Assembly: GCF_001194135.2 (NCBI RefSeq)
Contig: NC_068985.1
Location: 26,966,552 to 27,030,551 of the forward strand
From: Octopus bimaculoides
Lineage: Eukaryota
Direction: 5' to 3'
DNA length: 64,000 nt
Positions 38,905 through 51,630 of this stretch are shown here, in pieces. Position 1 is the stretch's first letter. Every line of letters begins with the position of its first letter. Below the pieces are notes generated by a model. That model did no database searches, was not told where the DNA came from, and worked only from the letters and a program-made list of their open reading frames with translations. A program made the position numbers and the translations under genes.

Positions 38905-39317
38905 CGCAAATGAAGACTGAAACACATAATCATAGAGATATTAGTATTTCTAAGTCTCTCTAAAGGAGACTACGGCAACGGTACTGGATAGTAATAGTTA
39001 TCGCCAAGCCAACATGGCAGTCCCAAAAATAGGACGAATGCTGCCGTTGATTAGCTCCAAGAGGCCATCGCCTCTAGCTAGCTATGTGACACACGAACCT
39101 GTGTCCATTATAACCTTCGAACAGGGGAAAAATTAATATCTTTATTTCTGAAAACCAGTGGATGTATTCCACTGAAATTAGGTAAATAATCCTTCGTACA
39201 GACGGTCAGTAGCGACGCCTGCTGGGTTCGGCTGCTCTACATTGATAAGGAGCAATACCCCGAAACTAGGCTGTAGATGCCAGACCAGCAAGGGGAAGCG
39301 GCTGACCTCCTCTGTTC
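38905..39317 (+). mobile_element. PLE-like terminal repeat relic
   Basis: Lies downstream of the GIY-YIG fragment, separated by a microsatellite. Contains an extended hairpin (39204-39307) with a degenerate hammerhead. Confidence 0.55.
39237..39276 (+). ncRNA. Degenerate type I hammerhead (probably inactive)
   Basis: CTACA-TTGATAA-GGAG CAATA CCCC-GAA-ACTAGG-C-TGTAG. Stem I is perfect and the geometry exact, but there are three core substitutions. Confidence 0.6.
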
Positions 39318-40119
39318 NNNNNNNNNNNNNNNNNNNNNNNNNNNNNNNNNNNNNNNNNNNNNNNNNNNNNNNNNNNNNNNNNNNNNNNNNNNNNNNNNNN
39401 NNNNNNNNNNNNNNNNNNNNNNNNNNNNNNNNNNNNNNNNNNNNNNNNNNNNNNNNNNNNNNNNNNNNNNNNNNNNNNNNNNNNNNNNNNNNNNNNNNNN
39501 NNNNNNNNNNNNNNNNNNNNNNNNNNNNNNNNNNNNNNNNNNNNNNNNNNNNNNNNNNNNNNNNNNNNNNNNNNNNNNNNNNNNNNNNNNNNNNNNNNNN
39601 NNNNNNNNNNNNNNNNNNNNNNNNNNNNNNNNNNNNNNNNNNNNNNNNNNNNNNNNNNNNNNNNNNNNNNNNNNNNNNNNNNNNNNNNNNNNNNNNNNNN
39701 NNNNNNNNNNNNNNNNNNNNNNNNNNNNNNNNNNNNNNNNNNNNNNNNNNNNNNNNNNNNNNNNNNNNNNNNNNNNNNNNNNNNNNNNNNNNNNNNNNNN
39801 NNNNNNNNNNNNNNNNNNNNNNNNNNNNNNNNNNNNNNNNNNNNNNNNNNNNNNNNNNNNNNNNNNNNNNNNNNNNNNNNNNNNNNNNNNNNNNNNNNNN
39901 NNNNNNNNNNNNNNNNNNNNNNNNNNNNNNNNNNNNNNNNNNNNNNNNNNNNNNNNNNNNNNNNNNNNNNNNNNNNNNNNNNNNNNNNNNNNNNNNNNNN
40001 NNNNNNNNNNNNNNNNNNNNTATATATATATATATATATATACGTATATGTATATATATGTATATATATGTATATATATATATATGTGTGTGTGTGTGTA
40101 CATGTATATATATACACTG

Positions 40120-40930
40120 TAGGATTAATTGCAGAACTTGAGGCAGTTCAGCGATACTACACGAGGAAGGTTGCATCAGTGGAACAGCTGAGCTACTGGG
40201 AGAGACTGAAACAGTTACGACTCTACTCCCTGGACCGAAGACGGAAGAGGTACATGATATGGAAGATACTGGAATTGAGAGTTAAACCAGACTTCGAAAT
40301 GGACGTCACTGCACTGTTCCAAAAGTCCCAGCTGTCTCATCTGGGGTGAGGACCATTTACTGCAATAGATTGGGATTCAAGGCCCCACAGCTATTTTAAC
40401 TCCTTGCTAAAACATCTGAGGAGTGTCATCATTCCTCTTTTTCCCTCTTTTGTATGGCTACACCTCGAATATTGCTGCCCCTGTAGTCTTCCCATACAAA
40501 ATAAAACCTTTCAAAAACTGAATCACCCCAGAGGACATTCACTAAAAGAATTAAGGGCATGACTGATCTTGCCTGAAAGCATTGAAACTCTGTTCTCTCC
40601 AGCTCCGCTTTGACCGATACATCATAGCATGATGTAGAGAATATACCGCCAGAATTGCCCAATCGGTCTCAACATTAGTTTCAGAATTCATCCAAGGCTA
40701 AAACCGCGGGCCACACGTCCCCTACCCAATTCAGGATCACAACACATAAATACACTGCAGCACAATTTCTTTTCCTCAACAGGCCCTGCCTTATTTAAAA
40801 TTGTCCCAAAACAGGTCAAAGAGTATCCCATCACCATTAAACGGAATCTGGACAGATTTCTTCAAGGAATACCACACGAGCCACCTATACATGGATACAA
40901 CTCACTCAACAAGAACTCCCTACTTGAATA
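40120..40930 (+). mobile_element. CR1/L2-group LINE 3' region, two tandem overlapping fragments
   Basis: AELEAVQRYYTRKVASVEQLSYWERLKQLRLYSLDRRRKRY (40130-40260). A second pass has HLEYCCP..(E)SPQRTFTKRIKGMTDL and NLDRFLQGIPHEP (40455-40930). Confidence 0.8.
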
Positions 40931-41358
40931 AGTCATGAGACTACAAAACTTGACTTAAAGATGATTTAGCAAATCCTATCAGATGGTGTTATTAAGTTAG
41001 ACATGGCTTGGGCTAATCTTTGGTCCAAACATGTCTANNNNNNNNNNNNNNNNNNNNNNNNNNNNNNNNNNNNNNNNNNNNNNNNNNNNNNNNNNNNNNN
41101 NNNNNNNNNNNNNNNNNNNNNNNNNNNNNNNNNNNNNNNNNNNNNNNNNNNNNNNNNNNNNNNNNNNNNNNNNNNNNNNNNNNNNNNNNNNNNNNNNNNN
41201 NNNNNNNNNNNNNNNNNNNNNNNNNNNNNNNNNNNNNNNNNNNNNNNNNNNNNNNNNNNNNTATATATATATATATATATATATTAGTATCTATCTATCT
41301 ATCTATCTATATATATATATATATACACATTCATATACAAGTATGTATGTATATATGC

Positions 41359-41389
<31 letters not shown>

Positions 41390-41448
41390 TATATTTATGT
41401 ATGTTTATATTTGTGTATGTGTATATATATGTATGTATACATATACGA

Positions 41449-41500
<52 letters not shown>

Positions 41501-41739
41501 ACGTGTTCCAAAGTATAATATGGACGATATATTTAAGTAAAAATGTTCATTTGTGAATTAGTCGAACGGCTGATGATATACTCAGTTGGGTTCCATTAAC
41601 TGTATACATAACCTGAATATCCTTCTGCTAGTACTTCTGTACCAATGTTCGTATTTGTTTATAATTGTTGTGCATGCATTTTAATTCTGACCTGACCCGA
41701 TACCTTACCTCAAAGTGTCTTATTTCTTTTCTTTTCTTG

Positions 41740-41792
<53 letters not shown>

Positions 41793-41799
41793 TTATCTA

Positions 41800-43070
41800 T
41801 GCAGAAAATGCCATTATATATGACCTTCACTGATCTGACAAAGGCCTTTGACTTAGTAAGTAGAAAAGGCCCCTTCATCCTGCTTCAAAAAATCGGATTG
41901 CACCAAAGCTGCTGAGTATCATCAAATCTTTCCATGAAGATATGCAAGGCACCATACATCACAATGGTTCAATATCACCCGCCTTCCAAATAAAAAAAAC
42001 GGGGTAAAGTAACGCTGTATCTTTGCTCCTACGTTATTTGGCATCTTCTTTTCGCTGCTGCTGTCACATGCCTTTGAAACATCAGATGATGGAGTGTTTC
42101 TGCACAGTAGAAGTGACGGGAAACTGTTCAGTCTCTCGCGTCTGCGTGCCAAGACCAAAATCAGAAGCGTCCTGATCAAGGAGATGCTTTTGCTGATGAT
42201 GCCGCTCTGGTATCACACACAGAAGAAGCCCTGCAAAGGTTCATCAACTGCTTTGAGCAAGCATATAGCGACTTTGGCTTAGTTATCAGCCTCAAGAAGA
42301 CCAACATCATGGGTCAGGCTACATCGGACATCCCAAACATACATATTGGAGACCACAGACTACAGGAGATGGAGAAGGTTACCTATCTTGGCTCTACCGT
42401 CATCTACAACCTATCCCTTGATACCGAGCTCAATATACACATTGGCAAGGCAGCTGTTGTGATGGCCCAACTCTCTAAACGGGCATGGGAAAACAACCAA
42501 GACCACAAAAATGAAGATTTACCAGGCATGTGTACTTAGCACTCTACTGTATGGCAGTGAGACCTGGACGCCATACACACACCAAGAGTGTCACCTAAAT
42601 ATCTTTCGCCTGCGCTGCCTCCCGGAAAATCCTTGGCATCAAATGGCAGAATCGTGTCCCCAACAAAGATGTCCTCATGCAAGCAGGAATACCAAACATG
42701 TTTGCACTCCTCACACAAAAACGTATGAGATGGCTTGGACATGTTAGTTGTATGGAAGATGGCAGAATCCCCAAGGACATACTCTACGGAGAGCTAGCTA
42801 GGGACACTAGGTCTGTGGGAAGACCGTTCTTACGATACAAGGATGTTTGCAAAAGGGACATGAAGGCCTGCGACATCAATATTAGCAACTGGGAAGCAGT
42901 TACCAGCAACCGTGGAGAGTGGCGACACACCATAGAAGAGGGAATGCAAAGGAGTGACAGAGGGAGAGAAGAGAAATCGAAAGACAGGAAAAGATGTCAA
43001 GAAAGTCTTCGCTACATTTGCGGCACCTGCCAGGGTAGGACTACACAGCCACAGCAGGAGATGTAAAGGA
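41800..43070 (+). mobile_element. 5'-truncated RTE (BovB-like) LINE, RT to C-terminus
   Basis: FTDLTKAFDLVSR, FAPTLFGIFFS, GKLFSLSRLRAKTK, EML(F)ADDAAL, TYLGS, LLYGSETWT, RWLGHV..MEDGRIPKDILYGEL..GRPFLRYKDVCKRDMKAC. Frameshifted. Confidence 0.93.
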
Positions 43071-43139
43071 CATGAAATGTAAAAACCGAGACAAAAAGGC
43101 TGCCAACAACAAAATATGTATATATACGTATATACTTAT

Positions 43140-43335
43140 CTACTCTAGGCACAAGACCCGAAATTTCGGGGGAGGGGGCCAGTCGATTAGTTCGACTCCA
43201 GTACGCAACTGGTACTTAATTTATCGACTCTGAAAGGATGAAAGGCAAAGTCGACCTCGGCGGAATTTGAACTCAGAACGTAGCGGCAGACGAAATACCG
43301 GTAAGCATTTCGCCCAGCTTGCTAACGTTTCTGCT
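43140..43335 (-). mobile_element. SINE family A copy
   Basis: Close to the family A consensus. Confidence 0.9.
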
Positions 43336-43353
43336 AACGTATGTATGTATATG

Positions 43354-43388
<35 letters not shown>

Positions 43389-44005
43389 TTTTTTGTGTGT
43401 TGCGCAGAGATCGATGAAATAAAGTAGCAGTGCGCCGGTATGGGGGAAATCTAATGACTGAAGAAGTAAATGAGAAACGGTTAAGAAAACTAGGACTTAT
43501 ATAAAGAGATTCTTTTGGCCCTTGTTGCATTATCACTCATGTTTCTATTCACTGATATTATAACATATTTTAATTCCGACAAAGATTCTTCCGAAAAGAT
43601 GTGATGGTTTTCACTTTGATCATAGACTGACCAATGGCTAAACAACGATAACAACATCCACAATAAAGGCATTGCGTTTTCAGCTCACTCTTATCTCTAT
43701 ATTTCTAGTGTCCTGGCAATCTTTTGAATAATGGTGTCTTTTGAATAGCTATAAGGGCGTCTTTCTGACGGAGGGGAAGGGCGTAAATATTTTAAAATAA
43801 CATCTATCTGCCACTGAAACAAGCTTGCTAGCTTCTTTTACACTGGGATTCTACCTCTTATATTACATGAATTCTGTATTATTGATTTCTAACTTTGGCG
43901 CAATGTGAGACAGTTTTAAATGTGTTGATGCAGTCTATTATATCCACCCGAGTACATTACTGGTACTTGTTTCATTTGCATCGCAGGAAATGAAAATAAA
44001 AGTTA

Positions 44006-44225
44006 GATTCAATTTCAGAGCGTTAACGCTCTGAATCCATAAGTATGCTCTAGCAGGCGTGATTTCGTTTGACTATAACCCTGCAAGACACAAAAGTGGG
44101 GGAAGGGGGAACACGGATTCAAGGTCAGAGCGTTAACCTTTTGAACCCACAAATATGCTTTAGTAGGCATGACTTCGTTTAATTGTAACCCTGGAAGACA
44201 TGAAAGCGTATGAGGATGCACACTA
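44006..44225. repeat. Diverged 110-bp tandem duplication containing a perfect 22-bp palindrome
   Basis: GATTCAA..TCAGAGCGTTAAC..GAA.CCA.AA.TATGCT.TAG occurs at 44006 and 44116. TTCAGAGCGTTAACGCTCTGAA is at 44014-35. Confidence 0.8.
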
Positions 44226-46729
44226 ACTGGCTGAAACATCGTTATTTTCAGCTGTAAACACAAAACTCTGTTGTCGACCACTTTTGCGTCTTAGGATATA
44301 GTCAAACTAAATTGGCCCTGCTAAAGAGTACTCACGGTTCAATGGGTTAGGTATTTAACGAAATATAGTGAAGCATCATATCCGATTTTCCTCTTCAACC
44401 GTATAACAGTCCTCAGAAATTTTTATTACTGAAAGTGTATTGTTGCTTAAATGTAAATTATGCTTTAAGTTCTACTTTTATATCAAAAGTACTACAAATT
44501 AATAAAAATTCTACAAAGCGTGTTAAGTACTCTTTATTTGTACACCTACCTCTATTCATACATATGTATGTATTATCTGATATTGTTGATCAACTTATAG
44601 ACAACAACAAAGCATTTACTGACGGTGGGATTATATACATCTTGTAGAGAAAAAATTGTGAATAATATTGATTAAAATGTAACTTCGAGTATCGCCCTTA
44701 ACAATTTCTTCAACAGTAGAATGAACCTTGAAATGTGAAACTTGAACTCCTTGTCAAATCAACATACACACACAGAGAAAATCATGCTAAAATATCCCGT
44801 CTAACGGGTTCTTTTTCGGTAAAATCTTCGCTTCAACTCCTCCCTTTTTTATTTTGATATAGCAGAACAGAAATTTATATCATAATAAATTACTATGTGC
44901 ACGGAGAACAGCGAGAATCAAAACGATGACATACATATTCATTCTAAATACGTCCCAGCATATTTCAACATAAATACACTTATCACTGTTGTAGTTCTTG
45001 AGAGAACATCTCCTCCTTTCAGACAACGGTGTATTCTCAACACAGACTCAGTTCATTGATGTAAAGAAATTTTGAGAAATATATACTCGAATCTTTCTCA
45101 ACAAAAAAAACACATTTCCTCTTTGTCTTTATATGCCCATATGCAAATACAGTGTAGAACAGAGGCGAGAGGTAATATGTACATTAAGTTTATGGAAATT
45201 TTCGATGAGGTAGAATTGTCGCAGGACGGGTGCCTATAAAACAAAACGGTTCTGCCAGGCGATAGAGAATGGGAGAGGAAAGTCTTAACGCTGCAAGTAA
45301 CTCCAGGTTGGAGAGATGAGACTTCAACGTGAATTTGTGTATTGGTCAGAGCATTCGATTGGCCGCCTGTTTAATAGTATATTGATTCTATGAAAGTGCA
45401 CCATCAGAGAAGAGCTATACCAATAGATTATCCGCAACTTAAACGCTGAAGGCGAGGTTTCGAATAAATTAGTTACAATTTCAGCTCTTTTGGAACTGAA
45501 CCCATCTCACTTTTTATGTGTTTAGCTCCAGTTTCTTAAATCTATCTCCCAGTTTACCCCCACTTTGAGTTATCTGGTTATTTTTTAACATTTTTTACCT
45601 GTTATTCAAAGGATCTTGATCAGGAGTCTCCAAGCTGGGGTTAACCATACCGTCGGAGGTAAATTTTCTAATACTGGATTTCTACATATTTTTCACATTA
45701 TTAAAAAAAAAAAAAAAAAACAATTTGAAATCAAGAAAAAACAATTTAGATTATCGTATTTTGTAAAACAAAGACAAAATATAATAATAATGATGATGTT
45801 TTGTTTTTTTTATTAACCACAAATAATAATAATAAAGCTAATTTTGTTTCTTTTTCATACTGGATTTAACTGTGATGTATAACTCTTATTTTCTGTGTTT
45901 TCCAATGGAGTAGTTTAATTTAGAAGACTATTTGGATCTGGTATCTATTTATTATTAGTTCATAAATAAGTGCAACAATATTGTTATGTGCTATTTTTAT
46001 TGCTATTTGAACTTAGAATAATGTTTAAAAACAGTGTTTCAAATTTCCTCTTTCAACTACTTGATATTATTTTTTAATTACTCTTCTAAGAGAATAATCT
46101 CATTCAGAAGACTGCGTTTGATTCTAAGTGAAATAGCAATGTTATTATTATTTGAACTTCATAATGTGTGAAAACAGTATAAAAAATGTCCTCTTTGTTG
46201 GTTGATTTGTTATGATAGAAGTTAAAACTTGAATTACAGAACACAACAGAGGAGGGTATATTTATTTTCAAAAAGTTAGCAGGATGTAAATGGAACAAAA
46301 ACAGATTAGGAAAACCCTGCACTGGATGTACTAAAATTCATGTGAATTCCAACGAGGGTCTCGTAAACCGAAATAAAGTTTTGTAGATGGTTTGTTTGTT
46401 TATAATAAATAATCCATTTCCAAAATAATGGGGCTATGGTTTTGTAATATTTCAGTTGTAAGATTTTCTACATAATCTTGATTACACACACACACACATA
46501 TGTATATAATCGTCAATGCACGATAAACAACAAGAATGAAAGCAAAGATTTGCATATTAATTCTTTATACGTTCCTGTAGATTCGAACATAAGCCCCCTC
46601 CTACGCGAATGAGTCGACTGTATTACGAACGCATTCGTCTGAAAGAAGCTGTCGCCAAGGACAAAACACGAGAACGATTAGCATATTCAAGCTCGAATCT
46701 GCTAGAACGTATTAAGAATGAATGTATAA

Positions 46730-46950
46730 GTTACAGTAGGTTTCAAATTTTGGCACAAAGCCAGCAATTTTGGAAGAAGGGATCAGCCGATTATGTCGAC
46801 CCCAGTGTTCAACTGGAACTTATTTTATCGGCCCCGAAAGGATGAAAGGCAAAGTCGACCTCAACGGAATTTGAGTTCAGAACGTAAAGACGAACTAAAT
46901 GCTGCTAAGTATTTTGCCCGACATGCTAACGATTCTTCCATCCCGCCTTA
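46730..46950 (-). mobile_element. SINE family A copy
   Basis: Family A motifs in reverse orientation. Confidence 0.85.
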
Positions 46951-49636
46951 TATTATCATAAAGTATTTACAATATTTGTTTTGCGCAGAATAATTTTAAT
47001 GATTCTGCCAGTTCACCGCCTTAGATTCTGTCAACTATTGACAATACCAATGAAAAGCTAACAACTTTATAGACAGTGTCTTGCAGATAAATTCACGTAT
47101 CTTATACTCATCGCGAATGTCTCTGTTGCCATAACAAGTCATAAATGCATGGCTTGAAAGCACTCAGGAAATTTAAGTACAGAAATAAATAGAAATAAGC
47201 TAATTCGCATTAACAATAAATTCTCTAACAAGCTTGTTGAGAAGAAATAATGAGAAATACGCAAGACAATAAAGAAGAATAACAAGAACATCATCGAAAG
47301 CAAAAGGAATCAAATATATAAAATATATTAAGAGAAGACATATGTGAAAAGGTAAGAATGTATTTGCGTACTGCACGCGTGTATATGTTTGTGTATGTGT
47401 ATGCAGTGTTGTGTGTGGTATGATTACAAACTAGGTTAATGTTTTTGTACGGGAGGGGGAGTGAAATCCAACAAACAGCATAATGTTCATGAGTGTAAGT
47501 AACTATAATTAAATATGATTTTACACAGGTATCAGAAGGCATGGCATTAGAGCGAATCAGTTGGTGTAAAGCAGGGGCAGGGAGAGAAATGGAAACGATG
47601 GATAAGTGAGTAGGCCTTCATATAGATTCCATTGCTCCGAACCACACACACACACACACACACACACACATCCTTTCACGCGTGTAGGTAACCAAGTCAT
47701 CACTTCAATGTTTACGCTCGCAAACCATGAAAGATGTATCATAAATTATGTGGTTGTGTATATATATATATATGTGTGTATATATATATCTTAGAGAAGA
47801 CTTATACAAAATGTCTTCTTGCATCCATCCCTCTGTCGCGTCTTGCCCTCCCCGACACTCATTTCTGAGCAATTCTCAATTACAATTTTGTAAATGTAAA
47901 ACAATCCTTAGAGGCGGTGATAATTTTTATAAATCAAAAATTTCTTGTGTGGTATTTATCAGTATTGTTCATAACATATCACTAACCGCTCAGTTACCTC
48001 TCTTAGCTCACGTATGTTTGATTTGTGCAAATTACCTTGTCATAAATATGTTCTATTCTTTTTGTATATTTATGTGTATCCCTTGGTTGCTGGAGATAGG
48101 TTAAAGCAATTGTCATATCTCCAAATGATAAGCATGTCCTTTTCCATAATGGCATATCAATTTTGGATTCGTAAGGTTATCTCCCCTTGTCACAGGAGCT
48201 GTTCTCAAAATACCTCTGGAGGTGGAGATAATTTTAATAAAAGAAAAATTTATCTCAAATGGATGTCTTATAAAGCTATTCCGCACATACAATAACAGCC
48301 ATACCAACGATCCAACACATAGCCATCATCAGCTGCCCCACGGATATCATTATGGTTTTGACACCTGGGCAGTACCATTCAATCCAGCGGTATCAGCAGC
48401 ACTAAAATAAGTGTTGGGATTTCATTAACAGCTATATATTCTCTTTAACAATCTACGGATGCACTGTTTATAAACTCAGCATATATTTAGCATTCTTTGT
48501 TGCTAGTTCGATATACAAATGATTCAAAACGTTGACAAAGCGATGTTTTAATGATATATTACTGCTACCAAGAATGCCTACATATATACGTATGTATGCA
48601 TTACTGGTAGCCAGTTATATTAACTATAATACAGTATGATACAGAAAAAAAACGTTAATGCTAAATTCTTCAATATACACACATCCAAACAAACGAAAAT
48701 GCCTTGAAATAGGTAAGGGTTCTTATGAACTCAGGCTTCATCCATTGCTGTGAGGTTACCGGTATCTCCGAGAAGGTAGTTTCTTTTTTTTTTTACATTG
48801 GACTAGATACCAGAACCAAGATAAATCGCTTCATTACAGAGAGTTTGGACGCAGAAAGTAGAGACCCGACACAGATATCGCAAAGTATTTCGTCCGATGT
48901 TCTATGAATTCTGGAAGTTCATCGTTCCAGGAATGGTATTTCATTTATCGACTCTGGACTTCAACAAGCAGAAGGCATTCTATCTGATGCTCCAACGAAC
49001 TTGCTAATTCTTTGTATACATATATTTATCTCTGGCAAAATGTATTTATGGTGCCTGTATATCTATGTTTCCTTCGTGTTCTTAATTGTATCTGCATCTG
49101 CACACAGTACATTCGTATCTATGTCGGCATTTATTTCAAAAGTCAGTACCGAGGTTGGATGTTACTATCTTTATTTCTTTTTTCATCCCACCTTTTAGTC
49201 TTTCTCTCTCTCACTCTTTTACATGCAACGCGCACATTACGATAGCTAATACACATTCTTCCCCACCTCTCTCTCTCTCTCTCTCTCTCACTCTCTTTAT
49301 GTCTCACTATCAAGTGGAAAGACTAGCCGTCTGGAAAGAGTTAAGCAATTATTTTGCTTTTGAAAAAGGTCATACTCTGAAACAGGTGTTTGGTGTGATA
49401 GTTGGAGGAGGAAGGACTGGCAGAGTAGTGTAGCCACGCGCAAAGATTAAATTATTTGAATTATGTATGTGCATATGTATGTATATGTTTGTGTGTGTGT
49501 GTGCATGTATGTGTGTGTGCCTATATATGGATATACCTATATATGTATGTATATATGTGTGTGTATGCATATACGTATATATCTGTATGAAAGCATATGT
49601 GTGTGTGTGTGTGTAAATGTGTATATGAATAAATAC

Positions 49637-49691
<55 letters not shown>

Positions 49692-49768
49692 GAGCGTCAT
49701 ACTAATACATCCTTTTGTTATTTACACCACCTGTCCTCGCCTGTTGTTGTTTTTTCGTATATTCTCCC

Positions 49769-49812
<44 letters not shown>

Positions 49813-50364
49813 TATCAACGAAAACAGTACATTGTCAATAACAATATACACATTTACGTACATTCGCAAATAAGATCAACCACAGACTTACATAGTGCGC
49901 AAACATCGGNNNNNNNNNNNNNNNNNNNNNNNNNNNNNNNNNNNNNNNNNNNNNNNNNNNNNNNNNNNNNNNNNNNNNNNNNNNNNNNNNNNNNNNNNNN
50001 NNNNNNNNNNNNNNNNNNNNNNNNNNNNNNNNNNNNNNNNNNNNNNNNNNNNNNNNNNNNNNNNNNNNNNNNNNNNNNNNNNNNNNNNNNNNNNNNNNNN
50101 NNNNNNNNNNNNNNNNNNNNNNNNNNNNNNNNNNNNNNNNNNNNNNNNNNNNNNNNNNNNNNNNNNNNNNNNNNNNNNNNNNNNNNNNNNNNNNNNNNNN
50201 NNNNNNNNNNNNNNNNNGCCTCCTCGTCAGTCAATTTTTCTCTATCGCTTAGAGTGATTATCCCTGTCTGCTCCTCTTTATCATATATTTTTCCGCTTGT
50301 AATATTTTTACTCTCATTCGTCGTACACTTTCCTTTCATCATCACCACCACAGAATCCTTAATA

Positions 50365-50825
50365 CGCCAGTTAAAATGCTTAGCAGCATTTCGTCCGTCT
50401 TTACATCCTGAGCTCAAATTCCGCCATGGCCAACTTTGCTTTTTATCTTATCAGGGTCGATAAAGTCGAAGAGCAGTCAAGTACTGGGATCTATGTGATC
50501 GACTGGCCTCTTTCCACAAAATTTCAAGCCTTGTGCCTATATAAGTACATTGGTTCTCAACCGGGGTCCAAATAACTCTTGGTGAACCATATAAGATTTT
50601 GTCGTTGAAGTTTATGTGCAATGAATTGATTATATACTTCTAAAATACATCATAAAATATTTGAACAATCTTTTCATACAATTCCTAATATTTAATTATA
50701 AAAATACATGTTTTTTTTGTTTTTTTGTAAGCATCGAATGGTTATGAGGTGAACAAGAGTAAAATAGGAATTAAAGGGATCCATACGAAAAAATGGTTGC
50801 GGGCCACTGCTCTAGTAGAAAGGAT
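50365..50825 (+). mobile_element. SINE family A copy interrupted by a hAT MITE
   Basis: The tail CCTTGTGCCTATA resumes as TAGTAGAAAGGATT after 50809. Confidence 0.75.
50548..50809. mobile_element. hAT (Charlie-like) MITE
   Basis: Ends CATTGGTTCTCAACC and GGTTGCGGGCCACTG. The right flank CTCTAGTA resembles the Charlie target, and the left TSD is degenerate. Confidence 0.65.
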
Positions 50826-51072
50826 TAAAATCATCATCTTGCTAATTCTTACTCCCTCTGGACACTTCGATTGTATTTATATCTCTTCCTTTTCCTCTTC
50901 ACACTATCATCATTCCTCTCCTATCACCCTTCCCATCACTTGTCGTTGCTGTTGCTGAGGTTCAAACCTTTGCTATTATCAAGTCTACATTTATCAATGT
51001 TATGCAACAATCAAGCTAAAAAAATTTTACACTATCGAATCGTGTGAATTAGGTATGTACTCACAAAGACTA

Positions 51073-51132
<60 letters not shown>

Positions 51133-51133
<1 letters not shown>

Positions 51134-51240
51134 TATATTTGCCACTTAAATGTGGCTAACCCTTAAGGGTGAATGCTACTGTAGCTTGTAGCCCCATCAT
51201 CCATCCTTAAGGGTTGGCCACATTTAAGTGGCAAATATAC
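51133..51240. mobile_element. 108-bp palindromic mini-element flanked by TA
   Basis: Arms GTATATTTGCCACTTAAATGTGGCTAACCCTTAAGG (36 bp, 1 mismatch), with TA on both sides between (TG)n and (TA)n. Confidence 0.8.
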
Positions 51241-51271
<31 letters not shown>

Positions 51272-51289
51272 GCGTGTGCGTGTATGTGT

Positions 51290-51630
51290 GAGAAGAATAT
51301 TTAACTTGTCATTGGACTATGGCTTCCTGGGGCACCATTTTGAAGTGTTTGTTTAGTCGAACAAATCGAGCCCATTATTTTTTTTAAAGTCCGGTACTAT
51401 TTTGCTGAAACGCTAAGTTACGGAGATATAAACAAGCCAGCATCAGTTGTCAAGCAGAAGACACACACACTATGGGCTTCTACACGGGTTCCTTCTACCA
51501 AATCCAATTAAAACACATTTGTCGGCCAGCAGCTGTAAAAGACATTTGCCCGAGATGTCATGTAGTGGAACTGAAGCCGAAACTACGTAATTGCAAAGCG
51601 AACTCCTTGACCACGCAGCCATTTCTGTGC
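51290..51630 (-). mobile_element. Degenerate SINE family B copy
   Basis: Tail, internal and head motifs are recognisable but diverged. Confidence 0.7.

Noticed and set aside
48060-48410. Overlapping short ORFs on both strands
   Set aside because: No domain similarity recognised, no consistent splice pair, and stops in the extended frames.
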